DNA of 64,000 bases from Octopus vulgaris (Eukaryota), in the NCBI GenBank assembly GCA_951406725.2, contig OX597817.1:53506001-53570000 (forward strand). The letters are read 5' to 3'. The notes beneath the pieces were generated by a model. That model ran no database searches. It was not told the DNA's origin and saw only the letters and a program-made list of their open reading frames with translations. Positions 37,596-49,537 of the stretch are shown here, piece by piece. Made by a program: the position numbers and the translations under genes. The first letter of the stretch is position 1. Each line of letters opens with the position of its first letter.

Positions 37596-38229
37596 GGGGA
37601 TAGGTAGGGGATGGGATTTTTTAGAACATCAAATGGCTGTGCACATCCATCCATCCAAGTAAAAATAGGAATCAAAGGGATCCACAGGTAAACAAATGCT
37701 TGAGAAACCTTGTAGGGATCTGATTAGATATCCCTACCTCTCATCACTGTCAGCTGACCTAAGACTGAATTTGTCCTTTTTTTTTATATTTAATATCTTT
37801 TCCATATGCCTTATTGTCATCTCCTCCTCCTCCACCACTGCCACAAGAGTCGTATAGGTCTGCAACACAGCCAGGTAGTCTTGCTTCCCCATCCATTCAC
37901 ACATCACCTCACAATACCCTTTTCTCTCTCTGCTCTGTTTGTCAACATTGGGGGCCAGTTAAACCTTTCTCCTCATCAGCTAACCACACTTACATTGACT
38001 TGTCTCTGTGCAGTTCTGCCTGGATACATGCTTGTGTGCGGATATCTTTCTCTGTATATGCGTTCATTTGCCTACGAAATGAGAACTGCTCTGAATTGAA
38101 CTCACTTGAGTGTATTCACTTTAGCCAGCAACTACTGGAGTTGCAGCCTTTCACCTTTCTTTCTCTTCTGTTTTCTCTATCGACACAACAACAGCACATT
38201 ATAAAGGTATTAAGTTACCATTCTATTAA

Positions 38230-38449
38230 CCCTTTTGATACCGACCTGGCAGAAACCGGCTCTGGTTCTGAGTACAAATGTCTTGTTTTCATAAGTTTAG
38301 AATTAAAATCTTCCACCAAACCTTAGTCACACGTTATGTTCCTGACACTAGCTTAATGATAACTAAGTTATTTTACTAAATTCTTTGTTACATTTAAAAT
38401 AATTGAAAGAAACACAGAGCATCTCAACAGAACTAGATTAACAAAAGGG
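38230..38449. mobile_element. piggyBac-type MITE, second copy
   Basis: TTAA|CCCTTTTG ... CAAAAGGG|TTAA; internal sequence matches 23930-24150. Confidence 0.8.
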
Positions 38450-39004
38450 TTAAAGCTGGCATGATAAAGTCAGTGACAATATCTCGAGCCTACAAGGTAG
38501 TCTCTACATGAATAATCAATTTGCAAGAAATAGCAACTAAATATCCCTCACTACCTTACTATCATAAAAAAACGAGGAACCCATTAGATACTGCTGTCTT
38601 TGGTACATTAGAGATGAAGGAAGAACAGGTGTCAAAGCTGGGTTCCCCCTTTGATCCTAGACCTGCTGCAATGGGAGTGAAACTACAGCCATAAGGAACA
38701 ATTATAGCCTGCACAGTCCACAGCTAACAACTGCTAACAACTTCAGCAGAGGTTGCAGTCATTATTGCAACATTTGGACATGTTTAAATAGGTCACCACA
38801 GCCTTCTGGAGGAAACTCTGTGTATGTGTGTGTGCGGGGTGGTGGTGGCTGTAATTGTGTAGTTGCCTTTGATGTTGCATGTGTGTGGATGTGCAGTAGA
38901 TCAATATTTTAGTGTCTCATATTGATTGGGGAAAAATAACAAAGAAAGCAAAATTACATTTTAACATTGATTTATGACTCTTCTATCACGTGTGTGTGTG
39001 TGTG

Positions 39005-39399
39005 TACTCTTTTTTACTTGCTTCAGTCATTTGACTGTGGCCTTGCTGGAGCACCGCCTTTAGTCGAGCGAATCGACCCCAGGACTTATTCTTTGTAAGC
39101 CTAGTACTTATTCTGTCGGTCTCTTTTGCCGGACCGCTAAGTTACTGGGACGTGAACGCACCAGCATCGGTTGTCAAGCGATGTTGGGGGGACAAACACA
39201 GACACACAAACACACACACACACATATATACATATATACGACGGGCTTCTTTCAGTTTCCATCTAATAGATCCACCCACAAGGTTTTGGTCGACCCGAGA
39301 CTATAGTAGAAGACACTTGCCCAAGGTACCACGCAGTGGGACTAAACCCAGAACCATATGGTTCATAAGCAAGCTAGTTACCACACAGCCACTCCTGCA

Positions 39400-39401
<2 letters not shown>
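39005..39401 (-). mobile_element. SINE family A, full length
   Basis: Reverse complement of the family consensus. Confidence 0.85.
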
Positions 39402-39434
<33 letters not shown>

Positions 39435-40075
39435 AATTTTTGGAGGTTTGAAAATGTGCCTAAGTCTTAAAACGTAGTTGTTTGTTGCATTTTCAAACCC
39501 CAAAACAAATTCTATATTCTTTCCTGTATGGCAATACATGCCATTTCTCCATGCACACACACACACACGCACGAAATACCAGCATGGAAAATGTGAAAAT
39601 GATAGTGATATTTGCATACATTTATTATTGCAGCTATATAACATTTTATATATCAACTTTGTAATACCATCCATCATTCCCTGTTTAAATTTCAGTTATA
39701 CTTTTGATTTTCTCATTCAATGATTACCCCATCTCCTACACACACACATTGTATCTGAGCATTAAGCAGGTGAAGGGTATATCTCCTGGATGGTATGCTA
39801 ATGTCTTGCAGGTAGCTTCCCTTCACCAATATCCATTTAAATGTAAGAAAAGATATTTTTGGGTCACAATATCAAACCAGTTTACCATTTTATGTACTTC
39901 ATGACCTACTCAGCCCATTAGCCAATCACATCACTACTATTAAGTCTCTGAGCCAGGGTTGGTTACTGGTATTCTTGACTTCCATTCTTTGATGAAAAAT
40001 AATTAATGAAATCTGCAAGAAGTTACCTCTCTGATAGCAGAAATGGTTTTACACCTGATTGATTTTGATCTAAAG

Positions 40076-40317
40076 AAGTGTTTCTCAACCATTTCTTATC
40101 TGTGGACCCCTTTCGTTCCTATTTTATTCGGGTAGACCCTAATGCCCATTCACCGTGTAAAAAATCCTATTATATTTTTATAATTAAGAGGAAAAATATT
40201 AAAAAAAATTAAAATATTTTATGTCTTATAGAAGTATAATCAATTACGCATAAGTTTTAGCAATAAAATCTTATGTGGACCCCCCAAGGATATATGGACC
40301 CTTGTTGAGAACTTCTG
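40076..40317. mobile_element. hAT-type MITE (cagtggttctcaac...gttgagaaccactg family)
   Basis: Degenerate TIRs. Related copies at about 16325-16701, 26193-26495 and 37207-37710 (SINE inserted), and a tiny relative at 20549-20614. Confidence 0.6.
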
Positions 40318-41256
40318 GTCCAAAGTTCAGCTCTATATTGTGTTGAACTTTGGTTGATCTAGGGGCCAATCAATACACTCCGATTACCCTGCAGATCAAC
40401 CTGATTTAAGTTGTTCTCTGATGAAAGGTATTCCTAACATGACCATCTTATCTGTTTCAGATAAGTATAGTACCACTCTTTATGATAGTGGGGCAATGAC
40501 GAAAGAGGGTTGGCTGCTATTTCTAGTTGATAGAGCTACCTTTTTATAGAGAAGAATTAACTGCTCTGTATGTATGTATATATGTGTGTGTATCTGGGAG
40601 TGTGTGATTGTGGTTGTGTGTATGTATGTATGTAGATTTGTATGCCAGATCTTTCACATGCACACACACACACACACTTTATCCTAACCTTTCTTTGAGA
40701 ACTTTCTGCGTTTTGTGGTTGATATTTTGGTGTTTTCGAAATGCTGACAAAATGTTTACATGACTTTTGAAAGTTGCACCGTTTTTATTTACTGTCTTAT
40801 GTCTTGCTTGGCATTTGTAAAACGCAGGAAGAGGTAGGACAGCGCACGCGCGCACACACACACACACACGTTTAACAGCACAAAACTGCAGTAAAAATTG
40901 AAATGGCATGTGCTTATATACAGAACTGCATCGTTGGGCTACATACACACACACATAATTACAGATATATGCACATACATATACATGCACACATGTATAC
41001 ACAGACATACTCAGATTGGCATATACCAGACTTATTGTGCATGCAATTCTTAGCGTAGCTGTTGTTGTGTGGTTTACCTTAGAAATGTACAAACAGTGTT
41101 GATTGTTATAAAAGTAGAGACCCTGTGTCTAAACTAGCAATGTATCATCTGAACAATCATTATCAACATCATTTTTACATCTACATTCCATGCTGGCATG
41201 GATCGGACAGTTTGACAAGGATCCAATGGTTTGGAGGATTAAGTCTTGCTCTAGTG

Positions 41257-41576
41257 CAGGCCTGGCCGCCTTGAATTACATTGCGGGCCACTTTAATCAG
41301 AGAAAGGTTTATGAGGGACGCTTGTATATCATATACACTAATTATCAAATTACAGAATCAAGTATTTTGCATACATTTCATTTGTTTGAAATTATAAAAT
41401 TGTAGGCCATTGTTTTATTGCCACTTTTAAATTTTAAATTTATTTTGAAACAAATGTTTTACACAAACAATTTTATTTTGAAATTAAACACAATACTTCA
41501 AGAAAATATCAAGTGGGCCGCAAGATAAAGTCTGTGGGCCTTATGCAGCCTGCAGGCCTCAGGTAGGCCAGCCCTG
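41257..41576. mobile_element. hAT (Charlie-like) MITE inserted into an older SINE fragment
   Basis: Termini CAGGCCTGGCC...GGCCAGCCCTG with an 8-bp target duplication ctctagtg/ctctagta. Confidence 0.75.
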
Positions 41577-42822
41577 CTCTAGTATCTCAGTTTTTACCTG
41601 GTTTCTATGCTTGCTTATTCTTCCTAACACCAACCACTTTACAGAGTACCCAGGTTTTCCTTTTTAAACAGCACCAGCAAGGTCACCTTGTAACCTTCAT
41701 GACTAAAAAGCCTCCTTGCCTGAGATAGTGGTTACTTTGTGTGTTGAGAGGTTAATATATGATGGAAGGAATGGGGACAGAATTGCTGTTCTGGAGGTGA
41801 TCCATGGCTACTTTGCATTTGATATGAGTGGATGGGTGTGGCTGGAGTGATGCCACAAAAGGAGGTAAATACATATACAAATGTTTTTATACAATTCCTA
41901 ATAATATTTAATTATAAAATTATAATTGGACTTCTTTTTTTCGAATGGCTATGGGAGCCAAGTAGAGTAGAATTGGAATCAAAGGGGTTCTATAGGCAAA
42001 AAATGGTTGAGAACCACTAAACTACAGCCTATAGAAAAAAAAAAAGTTCCATGTCTGAAAATAGCAAAACAGGATGGTCATGATTGGAATGTCTTTAATC
42101 ATAAATCTGCTGTGACAGAGCTTACTTGGAGCTATTCAATGACTCCGCCAACAACAGCAACATTGAAAATAAGGCTTCTGGGGCAGAACCGCCTCTCCTC
42201 AATAACAACATCACATTATGTAGGAACTTCATCAAAGCTAACAGCTGCAATTATGCAGATGAGACAAATAATTAAGTGGATTAAAAAATTTTAATTGATC
42301 TGTTAAATATCTCCCCGAAAAACAAAACAAAAACTTTTCTGAAAATATTTTTCTTTGTTTTTCTCTTTCTTACTCACCATCTTTCTCTCCTCTCCCCATC
42401 TCCTTCTCCTTATTGTATAATTAGAAATAGGGGTGAAAGTAAGGGGTTTTCTACAAGACTCCCCTAATAACCTCCATGTTATCTCTCAAGTCTATCAATT
42501 TCATTTTTTTTTTCTTTTTCATACATGGGCAAATTTATCTATTAATTTTTTTTTTTGTCATCTTTTAATTACAAATTTGAAATTTTGAAATTTAAAAAAA
42601 AATGAAAAAGAAAAATAAACTGTAAAACATAAAAACAAAATAAAAACAACAAACCTTCTGTAAATTCCTTAAATGGTAAGGGAAAAAAATATGAAAAATA
42701 AAAATAAATACTGAAAAATTTCTTCAATTCTCTTCACAGGATGAATTCATTTCTGTTACAAACCAACAACTTTCTGTTAAAATCATAAATCTCGGCTGGT
42801 TTCTATTTTTTATTTTTCTAAA

Positions 42823-42869
<47 letters not shown>

Positions 42870-43141
42870 CTCTCCTTTTTTATATATATTTTACATCTTG
42901 CCCATTTTAAGTGGTTGAGTGTTCTGGGTACCTCCTCCCCCAACTTTTTTTTTTATTCATTGCTTTTTTTTGCTTTTTTTTTTTACACAAATAAAATAAA
43001 ATTTAGCTTATGGTTCTGTTCAGTTCTGTTTGTCACTAATTTTTCTGATTTTGTGTTTATTTTAATTTTTATTTTTCAATTTTTATTCCATTTTTTTTTC
43101 AATTTTATTTTTATTTTTCAATTTTTTTTTTTACACTTCAG

Positions 43142-43147
43142 AAATCG
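43142..43147 (+). CDS. Candidate 6-nt micro-exon (Lys-Ser)
   Basis: About 115-nt AG-free T-rich tract with a cactaat branch-point-like motif, then cttcag|AAATCG|gtgagc. Frame-preserving in a phase-0 intron. Confidence 0.5.
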
Positions 43148-43647
43148 GTGAGCAGAAGCTATTTGTTTATTTATTTTTTATTTTTGTCTTGGAGTTGAAT
43201 TCTTGGCAAATTGATACAGAGGAAAACTGGGTTTGTAGTGTGGGGTAGAAAAAGAAAGCTTTTAGTTCCGGCACTACTGCTGCTGCTATTACTATTATTA
43301 CTCCAACCAGTTGTCACTGGTGAGTGAGTATACCTCAGTAACATGCACAATACTTTTACTTACTGGTTTAAAAGCCTATGTTGTCATAAGTAGATAGAGA
43401 TGCCATTTTACTACCTGAACCCACCCCTCACTAAGACTAGTGACAGCTGGAAGGAGTGAGAGGGTTGATGGGGATTGCCATGCCTGCAACCAGCTGGTAC
43501 TCCTTTACGGATGAGCAAGCAGCACCAATGTGAAACAAAATGCTTAGCTCAGTGGTACACGTTTCCTGATCCTGCAACTAAGTTTATGATATTGAGTTAA
43601 ACATCAATCACTAGACCACAAACTACTATTGCTTCGACCACCATGAC

Positions 43648-43812
43648 CAGTAATAGTAGTGGTGGTGGTGGTGGTGGTGGTGGTAGTAGTAGTGGTGGTG
43701 GTGGTGGTGGTAGTAATAGTAGTAGTAGTAGTAGTGGTGGTGGTGGTGGTAGTAATAGTAGTGGTGGTGGTGGTGGTGGTAGCAGTAGTAGTAGTAGTAG
43801 TGGTAGTAGTAC
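43648..43812. repeat. Compound (GTA)n/(GGT)n trinucleotide microsatellite
   Basis: Read directly from the sequence; explains the poly-T, poly-V and Gly-Ser ORFs. Confidence 0.95.
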
Positions 43813-44660
43813 TAGTTATAACACCAACATTTTCAATAGTTGGTAGCAATAAAAAGCCTGTCCTCAGTTAATTTATATGTTATTGACTGCATTAATTAAT
43901 ACTAATTGTAACAACAGCTCCAATAATATAAAAGATATTGGCTTCAAATTTTAGTAGAGGACTAGCAGTTTTGAGGGAGGGGGTAAGTTGATTATGTCAA
44001 CCCCAGCATTCAGCTGGTACTTATTTTACTGACACTGAATGGATGGTGGTGGTGGTGATGGGTGGGGGCTGGCATCAACCACGTTTGGATGGTGCTTTTT
44101 GGATGTCACCAGCACAGGAGCCAGTCGGGGTGAGGGGGGCTGGTATCAAGCATGTTTGGATGGTTCTTTTTACGTGCCACCGGCACGGGGAGCCAGTCAG
44201 GTCACACTGGCATCATCCACGCATGAATGGTGCTTATTGCGTGCCACCAGCATGGGAGCCAGCCAGTCAGGCGGCACTGGCATCAGCATTGACCCAATCC
44301 TTCAGGTACAGTGCAGTGGCAGGGTGGAGTAAATTTGACTCCAAGTACTTGACTCTTACTTTATTTTATCGACTCTCTGCAGGACAAAAAATAAAAGTTG
44401 ACTTCAGTGTGGGTCACAGTTAAATACCACAAAGTACTTTGTCAGATATTCTAACAACCTAGCAACAACAGTGGTATTAATTAGAATTGGTTGAGTGTTG
44501 TACAAAATGTCTGACAGTGTTATTTTTGTTCTCTTTTCCATTTGTACTCTTGAATCCCTCCAGGCCTTTTATCCTTGTGGGATCAGTAATGTATAACTCA
44601 AATCAAAAGCTGGGGTTGATCTTGTTCAGCTATTTTCTTCTCACAAATCTGAGGTATTTT

Positions 44661-45035
44661 GCATGGCTGTGTGGTAAGTAGCTTGCTTCCCAGCCACATA
44701 GTTCTGAGTTCAGTCCCACTGCATGGCATTTTGGGCAAATGTCTTCTACTAAAGCCTCAGGCCAACCAAAGCCTTGTGAGTGGATTTGGTAGATGGAAAC
44801 TGAAAGAAGCCCAGCGTATATATATATATATGTGTGTTTGTGTGTGTCCCCATACCATCATTTGACAACCAATGTTGGTGTGTTTAAATCCCTGTAACTT
44901 AGCAGTTTGGCAAAAGAGACTGATAGGGTAAATACTAGGCTTACAAAGAATAAGTCCTGGGGTTGATTTCTTCGACTAAAGGCAATACTCCAACTTAGCC
45001 GCAGTCAAATGACTAAAACAAAAAAAAAAAGAATA
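44661..45035 (+). mobile_element. SINE family A
   Basis: Matches 11883-12259. Confidence 0.8.
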
Positions 45036-46355
45036 AGAAGAATATTGAAAAAGATGATGATGATGATAATTGCTTCAGGTTTAGAAACCAGGTCAGCAAT
45101 TTGGGGGTAGAAAAGGAGCAGTTAAATCAATGTTAGTACTTGTATTTTATTATATTGTTTTCATGTATGTTTGTCCTACACCACCATTTGACAACTGGTG
45201 GTAGTGTATTTACATCTCCATAGCTTAGTGGTTTGGCAAAAGTGCCTGATAGAATAAGGGCCAGAATTTGCTAAAAAAGAAATACAAAAAAAAACCCAAA
45301 TAAATACTGGGATTGATTTGTTCAACTAAAATTCTTCAAGACAGTATCACAGCATGGCCACTATCCAATGACTGAAACCGATAAAAGATATCATCATCAT
45401 CGTTTAACGTCTGCTTTCCATGCTAGCATGGGTTGGATGATTTTGACTGAGGACTGGCGAACCAGATGGCTGCACCAGGCTTCAATCTTGATCTGTCAGA
45501 GTTTCTACAGCTGGATGCCCTTCCTAACGCCAACCACTCCGAGAGTGTAGTTGTTATATTTATATATATTAAAGTGTTACAAATTTGAACTGAATGCGAA
45601 CAGTTGATTTTGCTCTTCTGAAGTGTCTTTGTTTCAGGTGTAAATTTATTTTTCATTGAGTAGAAATATTTGTAAATACAGTATATTCATAGCTGTGAAT
45701 ATGTGTGTGTGCACGTGCATGCACATGCATACATGCACATTGTAAAGTTTAACCCTCAATAGTAATTTCTATGATATTTTTTTTTTATTCTTGAATCCTT
45801 TTTCTTGTTGAATTATTTTAAGCCGTTTTCTGCAGCCACGTTTGCACAGAAGGGGCTGGATTTTCGGCCTTACATTTGGTGTCCCTGTCACCTGTCCCCT
45901 AGTGCCAGCATGATACAGTTGTTTAGTTTCAAAGACATTGTGGAGCAGAGCACATTGGAGTTAAACATTAAAAGCTTGCATGTGAAAACTACTTGAATTC
46001 TATCGAAAACAGGATTGTAGCATGTCAGGAGTTCTGATCCTGTCTTTCTAATCTCTCTCTGTCTGTCTGTCATCCGATGCATGACCCATAATATCTGCAT
46101 GTTTTATTACCTTTTTCTCCCCTCTCTCTCAGAGAATTCAAACATTCTGTTTTGCAGCCATTATAATACTGACCTACCATTAACACTTGATTATATTGAA
46201 TTGTTTGCATGTTTATAATAACTCTCTCCACATTCTGTTATCCCTTTTTTTAATCTTCCTTCTTTTGTTTTGTTGCCCCTTCTTTTTCCCCTCCACCACT
46301 ATTTTTTCCTCAACTTTCATTGTATTGTGCCCTCTTTTTCCCGGCCCTCCTACAG

Positions 46356-46544
46356 GTGGTAAATGACTTGGATGAAGCTAACTGCTTGGCTTTAAAAGCT
46401 GCCGAGGCTGCTAAAGAACAACGCCAGGGCAGAGATGAGGAGCTGCAGCCAAAAGAACCCCCACGTGAGATCCCTAAAGAGGCTGCAGTCAACTCTGAGC
46501 CCAAGACATCTTCTCTAATAAACATGGAGGATACATTCACAAGG
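46356..46544 (+). CDS. LRCH: Internal coding exon (charged, low-structure middle region) of the same gene
   Basis: Long pyrimidine tract and ctacag| acceptor, AGG|gtcagt donor, 189 nt, phase 0 to 0. GC-richer than the flanks. Encodes VVNDLDEANCLALKAAEAAKEQRQGRDEELQPKEPPREIPKEAAVNSEPKTSSLINMEDTFTR with no stop. Confidence 0.82.
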
Positions 46545-49263
46545 GTCAGTAAAGTTACACTGCTTAACTAATAATTTTTTCTTCTAACAGAAACTTCAAA
46601 CATTCCACACATAACATCCATTTAGTTTCCCAAAATTTTTTTTCCAAGATTTTCTTCAATTTTCATTTATCTTCACTCTTAATTCAGATTTTCATTCTTA
46701 AATACCTCCCACCTCATTAACTAATTCAACTATGTGTTAAAAAAGTTCCTTTAACATTTCAACTACTGATTTCTCATTCAACAGAAACGTTTAATTACTT
46801 GACAAGGTTGTTCATTAATTAATCTGTAACTGATTTAATAAAGAAAGCAGCTTTAACTTCCTCTCTGCTGCTTCATCTTTATATGATCTCACATTCAAAC
46901 TAACATAACCTTCACCAACAACCACAAGGTATATTATATTCATCATTGATTATGCCAGTGCCATACCTGGGTATCCACCAATAGTTCTTCAATAAATTTG
47001 CAACCAACTACAAACAGGATAAACTAGCACAAATGGCTTCATCACAGATGGCGTACATCCTCAGTTGCAGACCATGTGCACAAATGAAAATTCTTAGAAG
47101 TGCAAAGTGCAAAGTTTACTGTTGCAGCAAACTCTGATCCAGCACCTCGCCCCTATATGTATAAACAGACACTCTCTGACATTCCAAAATGCCATTATGG
47201 TGCCATTCTGTGACACCAGTCTCCCATTCAGTCCAAATACATCTACGACATCATCTCAGAACACTACTGCAACATCAGTTTAAATCACCATCTCTGTCAA
47301 TCAGTTCAGACACGTATAAAAACATATGCAGAGTGTTCAGAAAGTCTCTCCATAGTCATAACCTTCACACGGTCCATACCATGTTAGACTCTCCAAGATT
47401 TATTTCAAAACATTTGTAGAAGAGTCAACTTTTGCATTGAATATGAAGAACGACACTTTCAACACCTCATATAAAGTTTTTTTAAAGTCTTGTAAAGTCT
47501 AATATATTCTTTTGTAGTCTTATACGATCTTATAAATATCTATTTTGCAATGAAATACTTACTGCGGAGAGACTTTTTGAACACCTTGTAGAAAATATAA
47601 GTTGCATCAACAGCTTCTTTAGACCCAAACACTATACATAATAATTGTAGAGCAACAGCAATTGTCCTATTGTGAGCAAGTCTACCTTGGCTGGTCTGCT
47701 GTGAGAGGCATGAAGCCTGAGTCTGAACAGTGGAGAAAGTATAAAATGCCATGTTGTCACATTGGCCCCATATCAGTCACTGCATTTCTGTGAGAACAAT
47801 GTGGTCCTAATTTAAACGAGGGTACAGGATATCTGCAGCCCCTAGATATCCTGGAGCTCTTTGGTTATCCGAAACACATGTAATTATTCAATTAGCTATG
47901 TGCTGTGAATACCGCTGGATTACATCCAGTCCCTCAATCAGCTGTTTTTTGTGCAATCACAGCTGACTGGAGCTACATAATGTTACACATTTCCGATGTG
48001 AAACTAAAACCTCCACCTCTCCCCACCAGATAAATAATGTATTTCTACAGTGTACTAGTATTACTGTGACTGTAGGTTATAAATGAATTACGTTAGTATG
48101 ATAACTAATTTGATATTAATTTAAATGAATAATTATTTTGACTTGTCATGAAATAACTTTTAATTTTAAATTACAATTAATTAACTTACAAGTATTTCTA
48201 TTTGGTTCTAACTTATTAATTCATAATCTAATGCTAGGAGTTTGAAGATACTTCGTACTTCCAAAGTACTCTGTGTAGGGGGAGTTTGTAGAAAAACAAG
48301 TTTAATTGATGTGAGCTGTATAAACTCTAATCTTTCAAGGCTTTGTCCTTCACTGAGGAATAGAAGGAATTTGTTGGCCTGGGTTCGGGCATTGAAGGGA
48401 TAGACTTACTATTAGATAGACAACCAGACCAACAATATCTTTGTTTTCCTTTGCCCCCTGTTTGAGGGCCAGACTCTGAAATAGGCTTGTGTTCTTCATG
48501 TCAATCTAACTTATTCACTTTCTACTTAGACAGACTCTTACTCTTTCTTAGATTTCAGATCTTTCTGTAGTCTTCAGGAGTTCGTCAACACCACAATATG
48601 TTATGAAATAATGTTGGTATTATTGCTGCTATAAGTGTAGCAGGAATGGTTAAAAAAAAAACTGGGTGTATTGTATTTAGTGTGGAGATGGTTGTTTGAG
48701 TCTAGATTATGTTTGTCATGTTGGATGGTCGTCTTCATGGACGCTGTCACATCTCATCTTTCAGCTTTCTCAAACACCATTATTATAAACAAACCAACTT
48801 CGCTTATTGTGAGGAAGTCTCTAAATGGTTTCTCAGTTTGCAAGAAATAGCAGATCACACCTAACCGAAAGAAAGAAAGGCAAAGTACATCAGATAATGT
48901 GGTCATTATCTTTGTGTGTGTATAAACATGTATATATATGTATGTATATATCTATATGTATGTGTATATATATATATATAAAAGTAACAAACTAAGAAAA
49001 AAAATTCCCTTCAAAGGGGTGTGTAAAATATCCAATTCACTGGTACCCACATAAGTAGGGGTATAATTCAAATTACAAACAATAAATTAAATTAGAGCGA
49101 TACAATCGACAATCCAGTAATTTATGTAAGTCGAAACAAATTGTTGGCTTTTTTAGGTTTTTTAATAATTATGTATGTTATATTATATTCATAGTATATT
49201 ATTTTATATTATAATTTAAATGAGTTATTGGATTGTCATTTGTATCTCTCTATTTAATTTATT

Positions 49264-49306
<43 letters not shown>

Positions 49307-49378
49307 GGAGTAAACACATAAATGTGAAACAAGGTGGGGAAAAAGAGTACTCAAATACCAGAGGTAGAGTAATATGCT

Positions 49379-49537
49379 TTATTTAAAAGCAGCAGAAATA
49401 TAACAAAAGCTGTTACTCAGTTTCATGTTCCCGTTCGTCAGACAGTTTTGTTCTATTTCAACAAAACTGTCCAACAAACAGGAACATGAAGCCCTGAGTA
49501 ACAGCTTTTGTTATATTTCTGCTGCTTTTAAATAAAT
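49379..49537. repeat. Fold-back palindrome (arms about 75 bp)
   Basis: ttatttaaaagcagcagaaatataacaaaagctgttactcag ... ctgagtaacagcttttgttatatttctgctgcttttaaataa. Confidence 0.9.
49410..49445 (-). ncRNA. Minimal type I hammerhead motif
   Basis: Minus strand: CTGT-CTGACGA-acg ggaa cat-GAAA-ctgag-TA-ACAG. Stem I is perfect and stem II has one CpG-type mismatch. Confidence 0.6.

Noticed and set aside
40418-40445. Isolated CTGATGA (similar hits at about 17929, 21237, 37973 and 61147)
   Set aside because: No correctly placed stem II, GAAA and stem I, so these are chance matches.
42425-42438. 14-nt exon-like unit after a long pyrimidine tract
   Set aside because: It has TAG in phase 0. It would be open only if paired with the 7-nt form of 35846, which is too speculative.
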